The notes under the pieces: model-generated
Seen by the model: the letters and a program-made list of their open reading frames with translations, nothing else
The model's database searches: none
What the model was told of the DNA's origin: nothing
Assembly: GCA_965644315.1 (NCBI GenBank)
Contig: CBFFRQ010000030.1
Coordinates: forward strand, 248,001-312,000
Length of the DNA stretch: 64,000 nt
Direction of reading: 5' to 3'
Origin: Caecitellus pseudoparvulus
Lineage: Eukaryota > Protista > Bigyra: Bicosoecida
Made by a program: the position numbers and the translations under genes
In this document: positions 10,251-23,097 of the stretch, piece after piece
Layout of the letters: the number at the start of each line of letters is the position of its first letter
How positions within the stretch are numbered: the first letter of the stretch is position 1

Positions 10251-13200
10251 ATGGTGGATATTGATGCTGAACTCTTCCACAGGCGCTTGCTGCGCCTCCA
10301 CAAACATTGGCAGGTAGGTACACACTCCCAGTGTCACGGGCCATGCTCTCAGAGCGCGGCACTGCCTTGCTCCTCCTGCTTCACAGTCCAACAGCGATTT
10401 GTACAACAATGCCACAGCTCTCACTTTGATGCACGGCAAGCGGCAGCCGGAGCTGACGCTGCATGTGCCCACTCTGCAGGTGTGTGCTTCACTCAAATGC
10501 CGACGGCGCGGGGTTTGCAACGGCCCTTTCTCCCCGACATGCAGGTGCACCTGTTGCAGTACGAGTTCCCAGATTGTCTGCTGGTGCTTGTGGAAGGTGC
10601 TCTGCATGTGCTGTCCACGCAGAAGAAGCGTGAGTGCCTCAGGACAGCGTTCTACCGCTGCGGTGTGTCCTAAATCCGCTGCTACCCCGCTCTGCCACAG
10701 TTGACCACCTCAAGGGAGTCGTCGCCAGTAGTGAGGCAACGCCTATCAAGGTTGTAACTCACGTGAGGCCGAAAGGGCAGTCAGATGCTGCAGTGTTTGC
10801 GCCTATCATCGACGCTGTGCGGAAAGCGAGCAGTGCGCCAGTGGTCGGTGTGGTGCAGAAAGATGCCCCCACTGGATCGTTTGCGGCGGGGTGGGAAGCT
10901 GTGTGCGCGGCAGACTTTGCCAGCACAGTGGACATCAGCGCTGGTGTCGAGGCGTCCCTGCTGATGAAGGACTCAGCAAGCATCTCCCAGCTCGTGGAGG
11001 CCAGCTCCCTGACAGTGCGCCTGTTTCGCAAGGTCATGAAGTCCCAAATCCTGTCAACCTTGGAAGATGGCAAGGCAGTGACACATGACAAGCTGGCAAA
11101 GACTGTGGAAAACGCGCTGCAAAAGCTTCCCAGCATCGGGGTGACACAGGACCCGCTCTTCTGCGACCTGCTCATGCGCCCTCTCGTGCAGAGCGGCGGC
11201 AAGTACAGCCTGAAGCTGCACTCCACAGACGGCCAGCCAACCGCCAAGCTGCAGAGCGATGTCATTATGCTCTCTCTGGGTGGCTTGTATCGCTCATATG
11301 GAGCAGCGGTTGCGCGCACTCTGCTTGTGGACCCCACAAAGGGCATGGAGTCTGCGTACAAGTCTGTGCTTGAGGCCCAGAACCTGCTCATCGATGCGCT
11401 ACGCCCAGGCGTTGTGATTGGGACTGCTGTGAAGGAAGCACAGAAGCACTTGGCAGGTGCCTTGCCGGGGGCCACATTGCCACGCTCCTTTGGTTACAGC
11501 GTTGGCTTGCGCGTACGCGAAGGTGGCGCAGCTGGCTCCCTGACTGCCGACAACCACAACACCGTGCAGTCAGGGCAGTGCTTCTTTGTCCTGGTCGGTG
11601 CCACGAACATCCCCATCACTGACGGGTCAACGAAGCCAAAGTCTGCTGTTAACAAGCTGAAGGACTTCGCACTCTGCATCGGGGACACCGTGATCTGTCA
11701 ATCGCCTGATACTGCCCCGACCGTCACGACGTCGAAGGCTGGCAAGGAGCTCCGTAGCGTCTCATTCGAGCTAGAAGGTGAGACATCGGAGGAAGAGTCC
11801 GCTGAGGAGTCCTCTGAGGGCGAAGGGGAGGAAGGGCGGGGAGGGGCACGCCGCCGCCGAGGGGCAGCGACCGGTGCAGGCGAGGTCGGGCGAGGAACTG
11901 ATGGGCGCTCTGCACGCCTCGCAGCCAAGAAAGCAGAGCTGGGCACTGATGAGGGGGAAGCCGCCCGGCGGGCTGAGCACCAGCAAGACCTGTTCTTGGC
12001 CAAGGTCCAGGCCATGCGAGCAGCCGCTGCGCAAGGTGGCGGTGAGCAGGCCGAGGAGGCAGCTCCCAAGGAAGTGAAGCCCATAGAGGCGTACAAAAGC
12101 ACGATGGAGTTCCCCACTCGGGCCGACCCGTGCCGCATCACGGTTGATAAGGAACGGGAGTCTGTCCTGCTCCCCATGTACGGCTCTCTGGTGCCATTCC
12201 ACATCTCCACCATCAAGTCCGTCTCCACATCAGACGAGAGTGGCAAGACATACCTTCGTGTAAATTTTTACAACCCGGGTCAGGCTGTGGGCAAGGATTG
12301 CCCCCCCGCCATGGCAGCTGCTGTCGCTGCGCACCCACACTTGATGTTCATCCGCACACTGAACTTCGCGTCTGCTGACCCCCGCAACATGAACTTGCAG
12401 GTGCGGCTCATCAAAGAACTGCAGAAGCGCGCCCGTACCCGCCGGACTGAAGCCGCAGAGTTGCGCAGCCTTGTCAAGCAGCCTCGCCTGGTGATCGATC
12501 GCACCCAGAAGATTTCCCGAATGCGCGACGTGAACATGTGGCCTGTGATTTCTGGGAGGAAGTGCATTGGCTCCTTGGAGGCCCATGTCAACGGCCTGAG
12601 GTTTGTGACGGACAAACGCGAGGTGCTGGAGATCATCTACCAGAATGTCAAGCACGCCATTTTCCAGCCATGTGAACGGGAGCACACAGTGCTGCTGCAC
12701 TTTCACCTGCGGCATCCAATTCTGGTCGGCAAGAAGAAGCGAAAGGACATCCAGTTCTACACGGATGTAGTAGACTCCTCCCAGGCACTGGACGGCAAGC
12801 GCAGGAGTATGTATGACCCTGATGAGCAGCTTGAGGAGCAGCGCGAGCGCCAAGCACGGGCCCAGCTGAACAAAGCCTTTAAGCGCTTTGTGGAGAAAGT
12901 GCAGCTCGTGGCTGAAGGCGACCGATCCGGCGTGCACAATTTCTTGTTCGACAGCCCTTCCAGGGACATTGCTTTCCCAGGTGTCCCGGGCAAGGAAATG
13001 GTGACCCTCATGCCATGTGGGGATTGCCTGGTGTCCCTGTCGGAGCGGCCGCCTTTCGTTCTGTCCATGGCCAGCGTGGAGCACGTGCACTTTGAGCGCG
13101 TGCTGTTCAGCAGCAAGAACTTTGACATGGTGTGCATCTTCAAAGAGGGCGTTGTAGACCAGCACGCTGAGCAGTTTGTTCGCATCTCTGCCATCCCCAT

Positions 13201-13690
13201 GACTGACCGGGACCAGATCCAGCACTGGCTCGATGTGGTTGTTGATGTGACGTTCACCCAGGGCCCCCACACTATCAACTGGAAGTCTTTCATCAAGGAG
13301 CGGGTTCGCCGCCAGTCTTTTTGGGCGAGTGAAGACAGCGAAGGCAATGCCAAACCAGTTGCGTACATGGAATTGGTGGATGTGCATGATGAGGCGGAGG
13401 AAGAGGAGGAAGAGGGCGGCAGTGAGTTTACTGTTAGCGGCGACGAAGAAGAGGAAGATGACGATGACGACGATGAATTCTCGGATGCTGTCACCGATGA
13501 AGGCAGTGAGGAGGATTTTTCCGAGGAAGACGAGGAGGAGGGGGACACGTGGGAGGACCTGGAAGCCCAAGCCCGTGCTGAGGACAGCCGAGGTCATCTT
13601 GGGGCAGAGCCCGACTCTACTGGCCGCGGGACAAAGCGTGGGCGCGTTCAAGGCGAAGCAGCGCGCTCTGGCAAGCGCTCCCGGCGCTGA
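10251..13690 (+). CDS. SPT16: FACT complex subunit SPT16
   Basis: MVDIDAELFHRRL start with three 5' introns; peptidase-like N-domain (VQSGGKYSLK), VPFHISTIKSVS, LEAHVNGLRF, IQFYTDV, HFERV..KNFDMV and an acidic tail. Confidence 0.95.
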
Positions 13691-13718
13691 GCAATGCACT
13701 TGCCGCAGGTTCACTCCC

Positions 13719-16700
13719 TTACTCTGCCTCCAAGGTGCTGTTCAGTTGGATGGACACGCCAGCTGCTTTCGCCAACGCAGTCACCACCAACGGCAGCCTT
13801 CGCTCAAGCTCCTCTGGGGGCTGGTGAGCAAGCGGCTCAGGAGCTGCATCAGCCTCGGAGTGCTGGCTCGATGCAACCGATGCAGCATCAATGTCAGAGA
13901 GCGAGTCCACGTGCTTCACTGCCGCACCAGCAGACACGAAACTGGAGTGTGGAACCAGGATGTCGGCATCCGCTGCCACCTCCTCGCCAGCGCCTGCTGC
14001 CGCAGAGGCTTGGAGACCTGTTGCTTGCAAGGTCGCGGATGTATCATCAATGACTTTCCTGCCCTGTGGTGATGGGTTCTCTGGTCCTAGAATGTCTTGT
14101 GGGGACGGACACGCTGCACTGTCTGCAAGGCGACACACAGCCTCCAAGAACTCTGTGAACGTGAGCGCGTAGTGCACGCACCGCCTGCAAGCTCGCAAGT
14201 CTCGATGAACTTCGGAAGCGACAGTCATGGACGAGAAGACGAAAATGGACATTGCGTCCCGGCGAGTGAAGGTTGTCTCGCCGCTCTCGTCAGGCTCCAG
14301 GGTGCTCGCCTTGCCGAGTTTGCGGTTGAGCCATTGCTGGTAGCCCATAGCAGACATGGAGGACGACTTCTTCATGAGCCCAGCTCTCCGAGTCAAGTCC
14401 AGGAAGGGGGGCAAGAAAAGGAAGCGCTTGCGGTAAAGCCTCTGGGTGTCAGCTGTCGCATCCAGTCGGCGGCTCCGACCACCGACCTGCCGGCTCTTGG
14501 AAGCGTTTGCCGTTAGATGGGTGAGCTCAGTCGCTGAGATGGTCCTGGCAACTGTCGAGAAGATGTCTTGGAGCGTGGGAAGGTACAACCTCAGCACTCT
14601 ATCAACGGCTTGGGTGTACATACGAGTTCTGCGCCACGAATTGGACCACGGGTCCATGGCATCCCCTCCGATGTTCAGCAGCGACGCAGCCGTGGGCATA
14701 ATATGATGCTCCAGCAGCCTAGACAAGGACGTTGCCGGCCCAGACGGGGCGTCGAAGTCAGGAGGAAACATTACCAAGGCCACCCTCACAACGGCCTCCA
14801 TAAACTCATGCCTCATCAGGTGCTTCTCACTGCCCCCTTCTCGCTGCCCAGCCCGCTCCCCTGGTCTTGCAGCGTTTGCTGTCAGGAAGCACAGGTCCAA
14901 GCTCTGTGTGAGATCCTTGCGCTCAATGCCAGCGTCCCTGCGGAACTCGGTAAACTGGATAAAGGACTGGGTGAAGGGGTCAATGCCGGAAGCAGCCGAG
15001 CTGCCAGTGCAGCAGTAGTACCTGAACAGCTCTCGCAAGACTGGATAGCGCCGGCGAAGCTTGACTTTCACTTGCGTGAGCTGCTCTGCATCCTTGAACA
15101 ACCTGGACAGCTTCGAGGCATGGACATCTGCCTCGAATGCTCTCCCCATGATGCTGTGAGTGTCAAAAAAGGCACGGCTGTCGGCCTCCAGCAGGCGTGG
15201 TCTCCACACACTTCGATGAAGCGACCAATCCGTCTCGCCTCTCTCGATCTGCATCTGGCTCCATCGACCTGACGCGGTGCGGCGAATGCGCTTGTGACGG
15301 AAGCTGCCAATGGTGCGATGGCGCGGGGGGTACTCAATGTTGAGCTGTGCGAAAGTGGCCCGGAAAGCCATGATGTCTACGCCAATCTCGTGCAGCACTT
15401 GGTATGCTTCGGCTTGGGAAGGGGGCAATGAAACGTCGTCTGTTGCCACATCCTCCGCTGCTTGCGCAGACACCGGAGGCGGAGCCAAGGTTGGGGGGCG
15501 ACTGCGCGAGGCTCTGGAGCGCCCTCCCCTCTTTGGCGACGGAGCCCGTATGCCACCCGTCGGAGCGGGCCCTCGCCTCCGCTGCTGCTGTCGCTGATGT
15601 TCCTGTTGCTTGGAGGCCTTCCGTCCCCGCCGGCCTGCCTTTGACGTGCGAGGCTGCACGGCAGCTAAGGCCTCCGAAGGGGTGTGCCAAGCTTCTGGCA
15701 CTGCCGTGGAGCCTGTCGAAGAGAACATGGTGTCTTTCAGCGAGTTCTCAATGCTCAACTCAACTAGGCTGTCGTTGGCCTGCAGAGCCTGCACGAGCTG
15801 CACAGTTCCTCGCCAGCCTAGAGGGTTGAAGCCCAAGTCTAGCGCCAGCAGCGTGGTGGAGTTGACGAGTAACCGCTCCGCTTCCTGTGCAGACAAGCCT
15901 CGGAGTGCGTTATGGCTGAGGTCGAGGGTCAGAAGGGTGGATGACTCGCTCGCGGCAGCAAGCAAGGCAGCACCAGTGGCATCATCTATGCCTGCCATGG
16001 GCAGCTCAAGGTGGGCAAGGCAACTATGGAACGCGCTGGCCTTGGACACATCTGCAGCTAAGGCGGCACGCTCCAGGCTTGCTACCAGCAGCTTGCGCTC
16101 AGCTTGAGTCCGCTCGATGCCGAGTGCAGTGTTGCCTTGCAAGGCAGCTTCGGAGACGGCGGCAGCCCACTGGTCTGCTGATGCAGCAGCTGCAGACAGC
16201 AGCTTGGCTTGCGCAGCACGAGGGCCAACATGTTGGGGCGCGATGGGGCCACTCGAACGCTGGGTCGCGGCAGAGCGTGGGGATGCTTTGCTCACCACCG
16301 TGCTCTTTGGGCTTCCTTCAGCCAAGTACGCTGCTACAGAAGCAGCGGTAAGTCGCTTGTTCTTCAGCGGGAACACCAAGGCCAGAGCGGCACTGCCAAT
16401 GTTGTTCCAGCCTAAACTCAACGTTGACAAAGAGGAGAATACCCTGGAGGCTGGGGAGAACAGCGGCACCAACAGCTGTGTCAAGGCTACATCGGGCGAC
16501 AGTCCACACTCAGAGAAGTCCAGCTCATTCAGCTGCCCGCAAGAGGTCATGACAGCATGTGCCAGGACTCCTGCTGGATGAAGTGGCCGTTGCCTGTGTT
16601 CAATCCCAGCCGAGTCTGACTCAGGAGACTGCGCGGTGACGGCGGGTTGTCTCGATCCCGCGCCGGTACTCCGGTTCTGCCCCCTTCCTTGCCCTTTCCG

Positions 16701-18294
16701 CTTGCCAGTCCCGGCTGGAGACAAAGGTGCACGACTAAGAAGCTCTTTCATGTCGTCGTCCAGCAATGCAGCAGACATGACAGCTCCAACGGAGCGAACG
16801 TCCTTGCCTCGCGTGCGGGCCGGCGCGCGACTCGCTTTGGAGTGCCTCGGGGACGCGCTCGCGCGGGCTAGAGAGGACCTAACTGGAGAAGCCGGCTGCA
16901 TAGGAGGTGAGCGAGCACTTGGAAGGGGGCTGGGCGACGGCGGCGCAACAGCTCCTGTGAGCAAGAAGCTTGGCGCCAGTCGCCTGGCTGAAGCGAAACC
17001 TGGAGAGTCGAGCAGCTCTACGTGTTCCCCCCAGCCTGCGCCTCGCACAGGGCTGGGTGCAGGGGACTCTGAACTACCCCGTTGGAGGGAAGTATGAGGT
17101 GCCTGTTTCGGTGGAAACATGTTCTGTGCAGTTGGGCGCCAGCTGAAGCCGCTCAGCGCCGGGGGTTGGAATAGCTTCGGGCACCCAGCCACCTGCAACG
17201 CCGCCAATGCCTCAGCGCCCTGCATGTGCAGGATCACCCGTGCAATGTCCAATGCAGTTGTGCCTGTCAGCCTTGGGTTGTCTTGCAACTGAAGAAGCAG
17301 GAACTCCTCATCGCTGGGCGACGCCAGAATGGCCGCAAGAATGGCACCTGCCTGCTCCACGTCCAAGTCCAGTTTGCTGGCCACCAAGCCTCCGATCGCC
17401 TCTTTGTGGGCCAGCCCCGTCACAAAAGCTCGCAACTGGCCGTGCCCGAGTGCAGCAGGGGCACCTGCACAACGCTGCTCTCAAGGGCTGCCAGGCAGCA
17501 AGACAGGCTTTGCTTACCAGTGACACGGGTCGCCGCAACGTATTCCGCTTGCCCGCTTCCACGTGAGAGCGACATTGCATCGGCGGGCGCCGATGGCCCT
17601 CTCATGGAAACCTTTGGAATCTTTGTGTGCTCTCGTGTAGCCTCCCGGACTGGCGCACACGCCAGCGGCACATGACCTGGCTTTGAGGGAGGCAAAGGAG
17701 CCAGAGCTCTTCTCGGATTGGCCTGTGCAAACTGAGAAAAACCAGACATGGAGTCATCACTAGAAATGTGCTTCGACTCGACCAGTTGCAGTGGGAGAGC
17801 AGACACGTCGAATGGCGCACGGTGACGCTGGGAACTTGGGCTGCCGCCCAAGGGTGAGCCAGCGCTGTCGCTGCGACGGGCCGAGCTCCATTGCCTGGCT
17901 GACGACACCGCTGCAGCAGTGGACCCCAACGAAGACTGCATGTGAGACAGCTTCAGTTCCTGCACAAAGTGGCACGCTTAGTTGGCTCGACCAGCCGCCA
18001 ACGCCAAGTGCAGAGATACAGAAGGTGAAGGAGGCGGTTTCTTGGAGCAATCCTAGTCTGGAGGGTGTGCGGAAGGGCCAACTCAATACTCTCGACGCCG
18101 ACCCAGCCATGGGGAAGAGGCTGGATTTCGTGGCGCATGGCCTTCGGAAGTCGGGCGTCTTGTGTGAAAATGCAGCCCTGGTCCGGATGCCAGCGCCATC
18201 GCAGCAATGTGGCGGACAGTTGCTCTACAGGCCCTGACTCCTCGTACTCTTCCCTGTGGCCCTGGACAGCCTGCTGGATTGAGGAAGGGGCCAT
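13719..18294 (-). CDS. Large RNI-like leucine-rich-repeat protein with helical C-terminal domain
   Basis: LRRs LDFSECGL, LSLGWNNIG, LDLSHNALRG, LDLGFNPLG in a 1238-aa exon; upstream exons joined through predicted introns (e.g. 17465-17518); the 5' model is tentative. Confidence 0.7.
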
Positions 18295-18391
18295 GAATTC
18301 CAAGCACACCGCCGCCCCTACCGCTCGCTGACTCGGCCCAGCTTTGAAGACCAGTGAAATGGGGAGCTAATCCAGACAAGGAGGGATGGAT

Positions 18392-19513
18392 CTACCGCTC
18401 TTGAGGGTGCTCCGTGCCTGATTCTGGTGCACTTTGCTGGATGGGGGTTGGTGTGGGTGATGGTCCGTGGGAAGTCGGAGGTGGCTGTGAGCCGCTTTGC
18501 GCCCCAAAGGCGGACTCTTGCGGTGGGGCAGCACTGCCCGCGGACTGGGCCTGCTGCATGACAGAGTTTGCGACTGACATGAGGGTGGAGAAGGCTGCCG
18601 CAGGCCCAGCGACCGCCGTGGATGACACCGGGCGAAGCAATGCAAGCCCACTCTCAAGCACAGAGCCTGCTCCTGATGCCGCCGCTGACATGACCGCGAG
18701 GCCCTCAAACGCGCCGCGCCCGAGGCGGTGTGCATCGTCCAGGCGGCGATCTAAGAAAGCATGGGTATCACGGAAACCTGGGGAGGTGTCTTGGATCATG
18801 TGCAGCTCGGTCACCCCGTTGATGAGGACCAGCAACCCTCTCCGCGCATACCACTCCAAGGAAGACGAATCATCGCCCACACAGAACCAAAGCTCATCGG
18901 CGAAGAGCCCAGCTTGGTGAACAATTGCAGGAAGGTGTTGCGGTGTGGCTGCAACGACCGCCATTGCAGCCGGCAGGGATTGAATGTATGGAGCCATGTA
19001 TGCCAGGCGAGCCTTCATGCCCGCCTTTATGCGCTCGTTCACAGACATGTTGGTCATGTCGAGCTCCCGCAGGTGCTCCGACATCGCTTTTGTCCCTTCT
19101 TCCATCAGATACTCAACAATGTGGGCACCCCCATTCGGGAACATGCCATGCGCGACAGCGGGAAGACTGTGGGAGTGGACGCGGCGAGAGCTGCCCTTAC
19201 TGTAAAGCCCAACGCCACAAGGCCACACGCACCCAGCGTCAACGCTTGCTTTCGCCAATGCTTCTTCGCTCCACCTGAGCATGGTGTTGCGTTCACCGTG
19301 GGCTGTCCTTGCGAAAGCGCGAGGGATACGTGATACGCACCCCAAGTCTCCGACGTGCGCCAGGGCAGCTTGCAGCACGGCGCGCTTCGGGTCTTGAAAT
19401 TCAGCAACGCTTGATGCAGATGGGGCATGGGGGGCTGAACTGCACATTCTCAGCATGGACGTGCGCAGCACGCGCTGGTGACACGCTTGGCGCAGGGCTC
19501 GCTGGAGAGCCAT
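18392..19513 (-). CDS. COQ9: Ubiquinone biosynthesis protein COQ9, mitochondrial
   Basis: Transit-peptide-like start; VLQAALAHVGDLG-W, ADELWFCVGDDSSSLEWYARRGLL, ELHMIQDTSPGFRDTHAFLDRRL; two apparent in-frame introns; low-complexity C-terminal extension. Confidence 0.9.
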   Translation of the reverse strand: MALQRALRQACHQRVLRTSMLRMCSSAPHAPSASSVAEFQDPKRAVLQAALAHVGDLGCVSRIPRAFARTAHGERNTMLRWSEEALAKASVDAGCVWPCGVGLYSKGSSRRVHSHSLPAVAHGMFPNGGAHIVEYLMEEGTKAMSEHLRELDMTNMSVNERIKAGMKARLAYMAPYIQSLPAAMAVVAATPQHLPAIVHQAGLFADELWFCVGDDSSSLEWYARRGLLVLINGVTELHMIQDTSPGFRDTHAFLDRRLDDAHRLGRGAFEGLAVMSAAASGAGSVLESGLALLRPVSSTAVAGPAAAFSTLMSVANSVMQQAQSAGSAAPPQESAFGAQSGSQPPPTSHGPSPTPTPIQQSAPESGTEHPQER

Positions 19514-19982
19514 GGCGTGCCTGCGGAAAATGACGTTGCTGTGCACCGGTCGAAGGACGCTGCCGGTGATCGCAATAGGGCCCGGCGTTCGAAGGAGGGT
19601 GAAAGTCAGCTTTTACGGGTGCATGCGTAGTTTGAGCGAACTGTATAGTATGCAACGAGCCCAACTTTGCAGCAGGCCTGGCGGCTTGACTTGCCACGTG
19701 CGTGAACGGATGAGCCACTGCGCAGCCCACGCATGCGGTGAGAATATAGATGCCACACGCACGCTTCTAAGGCATTGGACTCGATCAGGGCTTGTATTCC
19801 CTTGCAAGGAGGTACTGCAGCAAGGAAATACGTACAATCTTTCTCTAAGTCTCCCGATTGAGACGAAAAGACCTGCAACGATTCGCAAGCCTTGCATATG
19901 ATGCGGTGAAATCAATTTCAATGGGGCTCCTTCCTCAACCATTTCTGAACCCAACAATGAAAGTTACGTTCATCTGAAGAGC

Positions 19983-20654
19983 ATGACCACCTGGCCTGCT
20001 TCAGTGCTGAGCAGCGCTGGAAGGCTGCAGTGGAGGCTACTTGCGCTGCGTTGCTACAGCGGAGCCATGCAGCGTCTTGACAGCCAGGAGCAAGTGTCTC
20101 CGCCGGGCATCAATGCCTCGGAACCATCCGCTCCGAAGAAGGTTGCACTGCATGAATTGCTGAGGCAGGTTTCCTATGTTGATGCAAGCGAAGCAGTGGC
20201 AGCCCCTTCCGTGCTGATGGATGCCGGCTTCTTCACCGCAGCGCAGGAGCTTGCGTTAGAGCTCAAAAGAAACTGTGAAGCGTACACAACAGGGTTTGCA
20301 GCCTCCGAGCGAAGTGACACGGGACTGGCATGCAGTATCCTCTCTCACAATGCTGCTGTCTTTGCCATGCATGCCCGAACTGCGGCAATGAATGAAGCCA
20401 TTCTGAAACGCGCGATTCTGGAAGCTGGCGCCGGGCGACAGGCCCCCCGCTCCAAGGAGCCCGTTCCTGACGAGAGAGCAACGAAAAGCGTTGGAACTCT
20501 CCGGTCAGCACAACGGCACAAGCGGGCACGGGACAGCGGCAGCGTTTCTGGACTTGTTGTGCGTGTGAGGCTGAGCGGACACGGCAAGAGAGCTGCTGCG
20601 CCACGCAAGCAAGCTGCTGAGCCTGATATGGATTTCTTCGGCGAGTTGTACTGA
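19983..20654 (+). CDS. Hypothetical protein (helical N-half, basic C-half)
   Basis: 223-aa ORF filling the gap between COQ9 and TMEM208; the real start may be a later ATG (MQRLDSQEQ); no family recognised. Confidence 0.55.
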   Translation: MTTWPASVLSSAGRLQWRLLALRCYSGAMQRLDSQEQVSPPGINASEPSAPKKVALHELLRQVSYVDASEAVAAPSVLMDAGFFTAAQELALELKRNCEAYTTGFAASERSDTGLACSILSHNAAVFAMHARTAAMNEAILKRAILEAGAGRQAPRSKEPVPDERATKSVGTLRSAQRHKRARDSGSVSGLVVRVRLSGHGKRAAAPRKQAAEPDMDFFGELY

Positions 20655-20659
20655 TGTCA

Positions 20660-21356
20660 TCACCGCCGCCGCGCCACGACCTTCCGCTGCTGCTTGCGCT
20701 GCTGTCGGCGAGCCTCACGCCTGCCTGCCTTTGTAGTGGGATCCGGAGGCGGAGGGGCTCCTTGGGTGGCTGGCATGACATTCTTGAGGAAAAATACGGC
20801 TTGAAACACTCCATAGCCAGGCACCTGCACAATGCAAGGGCAAAGTTTGAAGGCCTGGGCGAAGGGGGCGGGCAAACGCTGCAGGACTCACAAGCAACAT
20901 GAGAAGCCACGCCCACGACGAGTACAATGAGCCGAGCTGAGTTGCCGCAGTGACATAGAAAAGGTCACGGAAGAGGCTGCGTTCGGAGGATCAAGCCAGT
21001 CCACTGAGCAAAAGCGAGCATAGAGAACACGCTTGCTTGCTCACCTCCCAGCTGAGTCAATGCCGCTTGCATGAGCACTCGCAACGGCCTCTGACAAGCC
21101 ATACACAGCGACTGCATAGCACGCGTACAACAAGCCGAGGGAAGCAAACCCTCCGAAGGTGTCGGGGAAGTCCTGCTGCCAAGCAAAGCGCACCAGACCA
21201 TACACGAGCTGAGTACGATCGGCGGGAGAGGGTGAAGGGGGGCAATGCGGAGGAAGGCACCGGCTGACAAACCGTTATGCATGCTATGTAGATTCCATGT
21301 CGCTTCAACGCGTCTGAGCGACGCTGGTTGGCCTTCTTTTCAGCTCCCTTAGCCAT
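20660..21356 (-). CDS. TMEM208: TMEM208/SND2 family ER membrane protein (multi-exon)
   Basis: Start MAKGAEKKANQRR; TM segments LFYVTAATQLGSLYSSWAWLLMLL and VPGYGVF; basic tail ARRQQRKQQRK. Confidence 0.75.
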
Positions 21357-21617
21357 GGCGTGGTGAGCAAGTTCCGCACCTCAGCCACTGTGACTGGGGA
21401 CTCCGTGAGCAACAGTGCGGAAGCGGGTGAAAGCAGCATGCAATGGGTGTGAGTTCGAGGGATTATGCCACGCAGCGAAACTATAGCGTCCTCTTCGCCT
21501 CAAGGCAGGTGATCCTCTGCCCCCCCCAGAGCTGGTTTTGTGGCGCCAGCAGTGGCCTTGCCACCTGTGCGCACGCGGCACCTGTCTTAGGCTGGGGTTG
21601 AAGGGACGCACGCATGT

Positions 21618-22922
21618 TTATTTCGAGCTCTGGCCATCTTCGATGGCTTTTTCCTCTTGGGCGTCCCGAAGATCCTTTCGAGAAATCAAGCGACTCTTGT
21701 CTCCATGGCTGGAGGTATAGCTGGCGACTGCAGTGGCTCCCAGGTTAGTTACGTGGAAGACAGACAAGGCGGCTGTTCCTGCAGTTGAAAAACCATCTTT
21801 CGTGGCTTGGGCGGCTTTGGCACCGTACTTGTGATGAACCAGGTCACTGGTGGTGTCAGCGGTGGCCCGCCCGACTGTGCGCGCACTTTCTTCCAAAGCA
21901 GTCCAGATGTTTGTGAATGCGTGCACGCCAGCCCCCGCTACCTTCATAAACTCTTGCCCATGCTTGCTGCTCGTGCCTTCGCGGATGTGCTGAGCCACAG
22001 ATGTGTCTCGCATGGCATCAGCCACTGTTGCTCCGAGGGTCATGGCGACCTCTGTAACACCAGTGATGAGTCCACCTGTCACGTGCATGGCAGCTTCGCT
22101 GATAACTTTTGCCTTCTCCAGCCGCTCTCGAGTTTCCTCGCTGATCTGCATCGGTTGGAGGCTTGCTAACTTGCATCTCGCCAGCTGGCACTTGCTCACC
22201 GAGCGCTCTCACCTCAACCTCCTCAGTACCCTTTGACATGCGCTGCTTGAGGTATGCACCAGCTCTGCACATGGCAAACGGGAACAGTGTGAAGCGTGGG
22301 GCTCGGTGGCTGTCCCTCGCTAGGAGCGGCGTGGTGGCCTGGCGTTTCACTCGCACGGAAACTTCCGCGGGCTCACCTGCCAATCCCGTGCCCCGCCAGC
22401 TTGGCACCCTTCACCAGCCCAAAGGCAGCAACCCCGCCAGCAAAAGCTACCCCTCCAGCCACTTTATCACCCCAGGATGCAGCAGGTGCTGCCTCCTCTT
22501 CCTCAGTTTCAATGGGGGCCACAGCTGTGCTGCTGGTGGCTGGCGCGGGAGGCGGGTCAGCTCGGGCATGCACTTCGCAGAGGTCGGAGAGCACAGCACT
22601 GAAGGCTGCCACCTCCAGGTCAGTCGCTTGCTGTGGCTCAACGACGAACGTAATGCCTTTGTCTGTGGCCAGGATGAAGCGCCCCGCGTCTGCCAGCACA
22701 GGAGCACCAACGAGCGGGTAGCTCCAATCCTGGCACAGCAAAAACACGACGGGGGCTGGAGCTCCCGGCATCTGCGCCTTGAGAACCATGAGCTCTCCAT
22801 TGGCTTCCACACGAGTTGCGCCAGTCTTCAGTTCATTGGCGATGACCACCGCCAGTGGCAAGCGCGCGAGTTGGTCGGCGTCCACGCTCGCAGGAGCTGC
22901 GGGAGGTGCGGAAGCAGCCATG
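21618..22922 (-). CDS. Senescence/spartin-associated domain protein
   Basis: N-terminal DWSYPLV segment; SWGDKVAGGV; RLEKAKVISEAAMHVTGGLITGV; TTSDLVHHKYGAKAAQAT, typical of the senescence domain. Confidence 0.8.
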
Positions 22923-23097
22923 GCAACACAAAGCCAAGGTTGGAGCCGTAGTGCGGCCAGGAGCTCCAGGGCGAGTGGTTTCAGAGTCAGCACGTTCAAA
23001 TGTCTGAAGCCGGATTTTGTGGGGATGAAAATTGTGGGATGTGCAGGAGTGCTCTCCCCCCCCCCCTGCTCGGCCAAGTTGCCACGTGCATTGTGCT

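Noticed and set aside
13385-13545. GAG/GAC/GAT trinucleotide-like runs
   Set aside because: Normal acidic C-terminal tail of SPT16, not an array.
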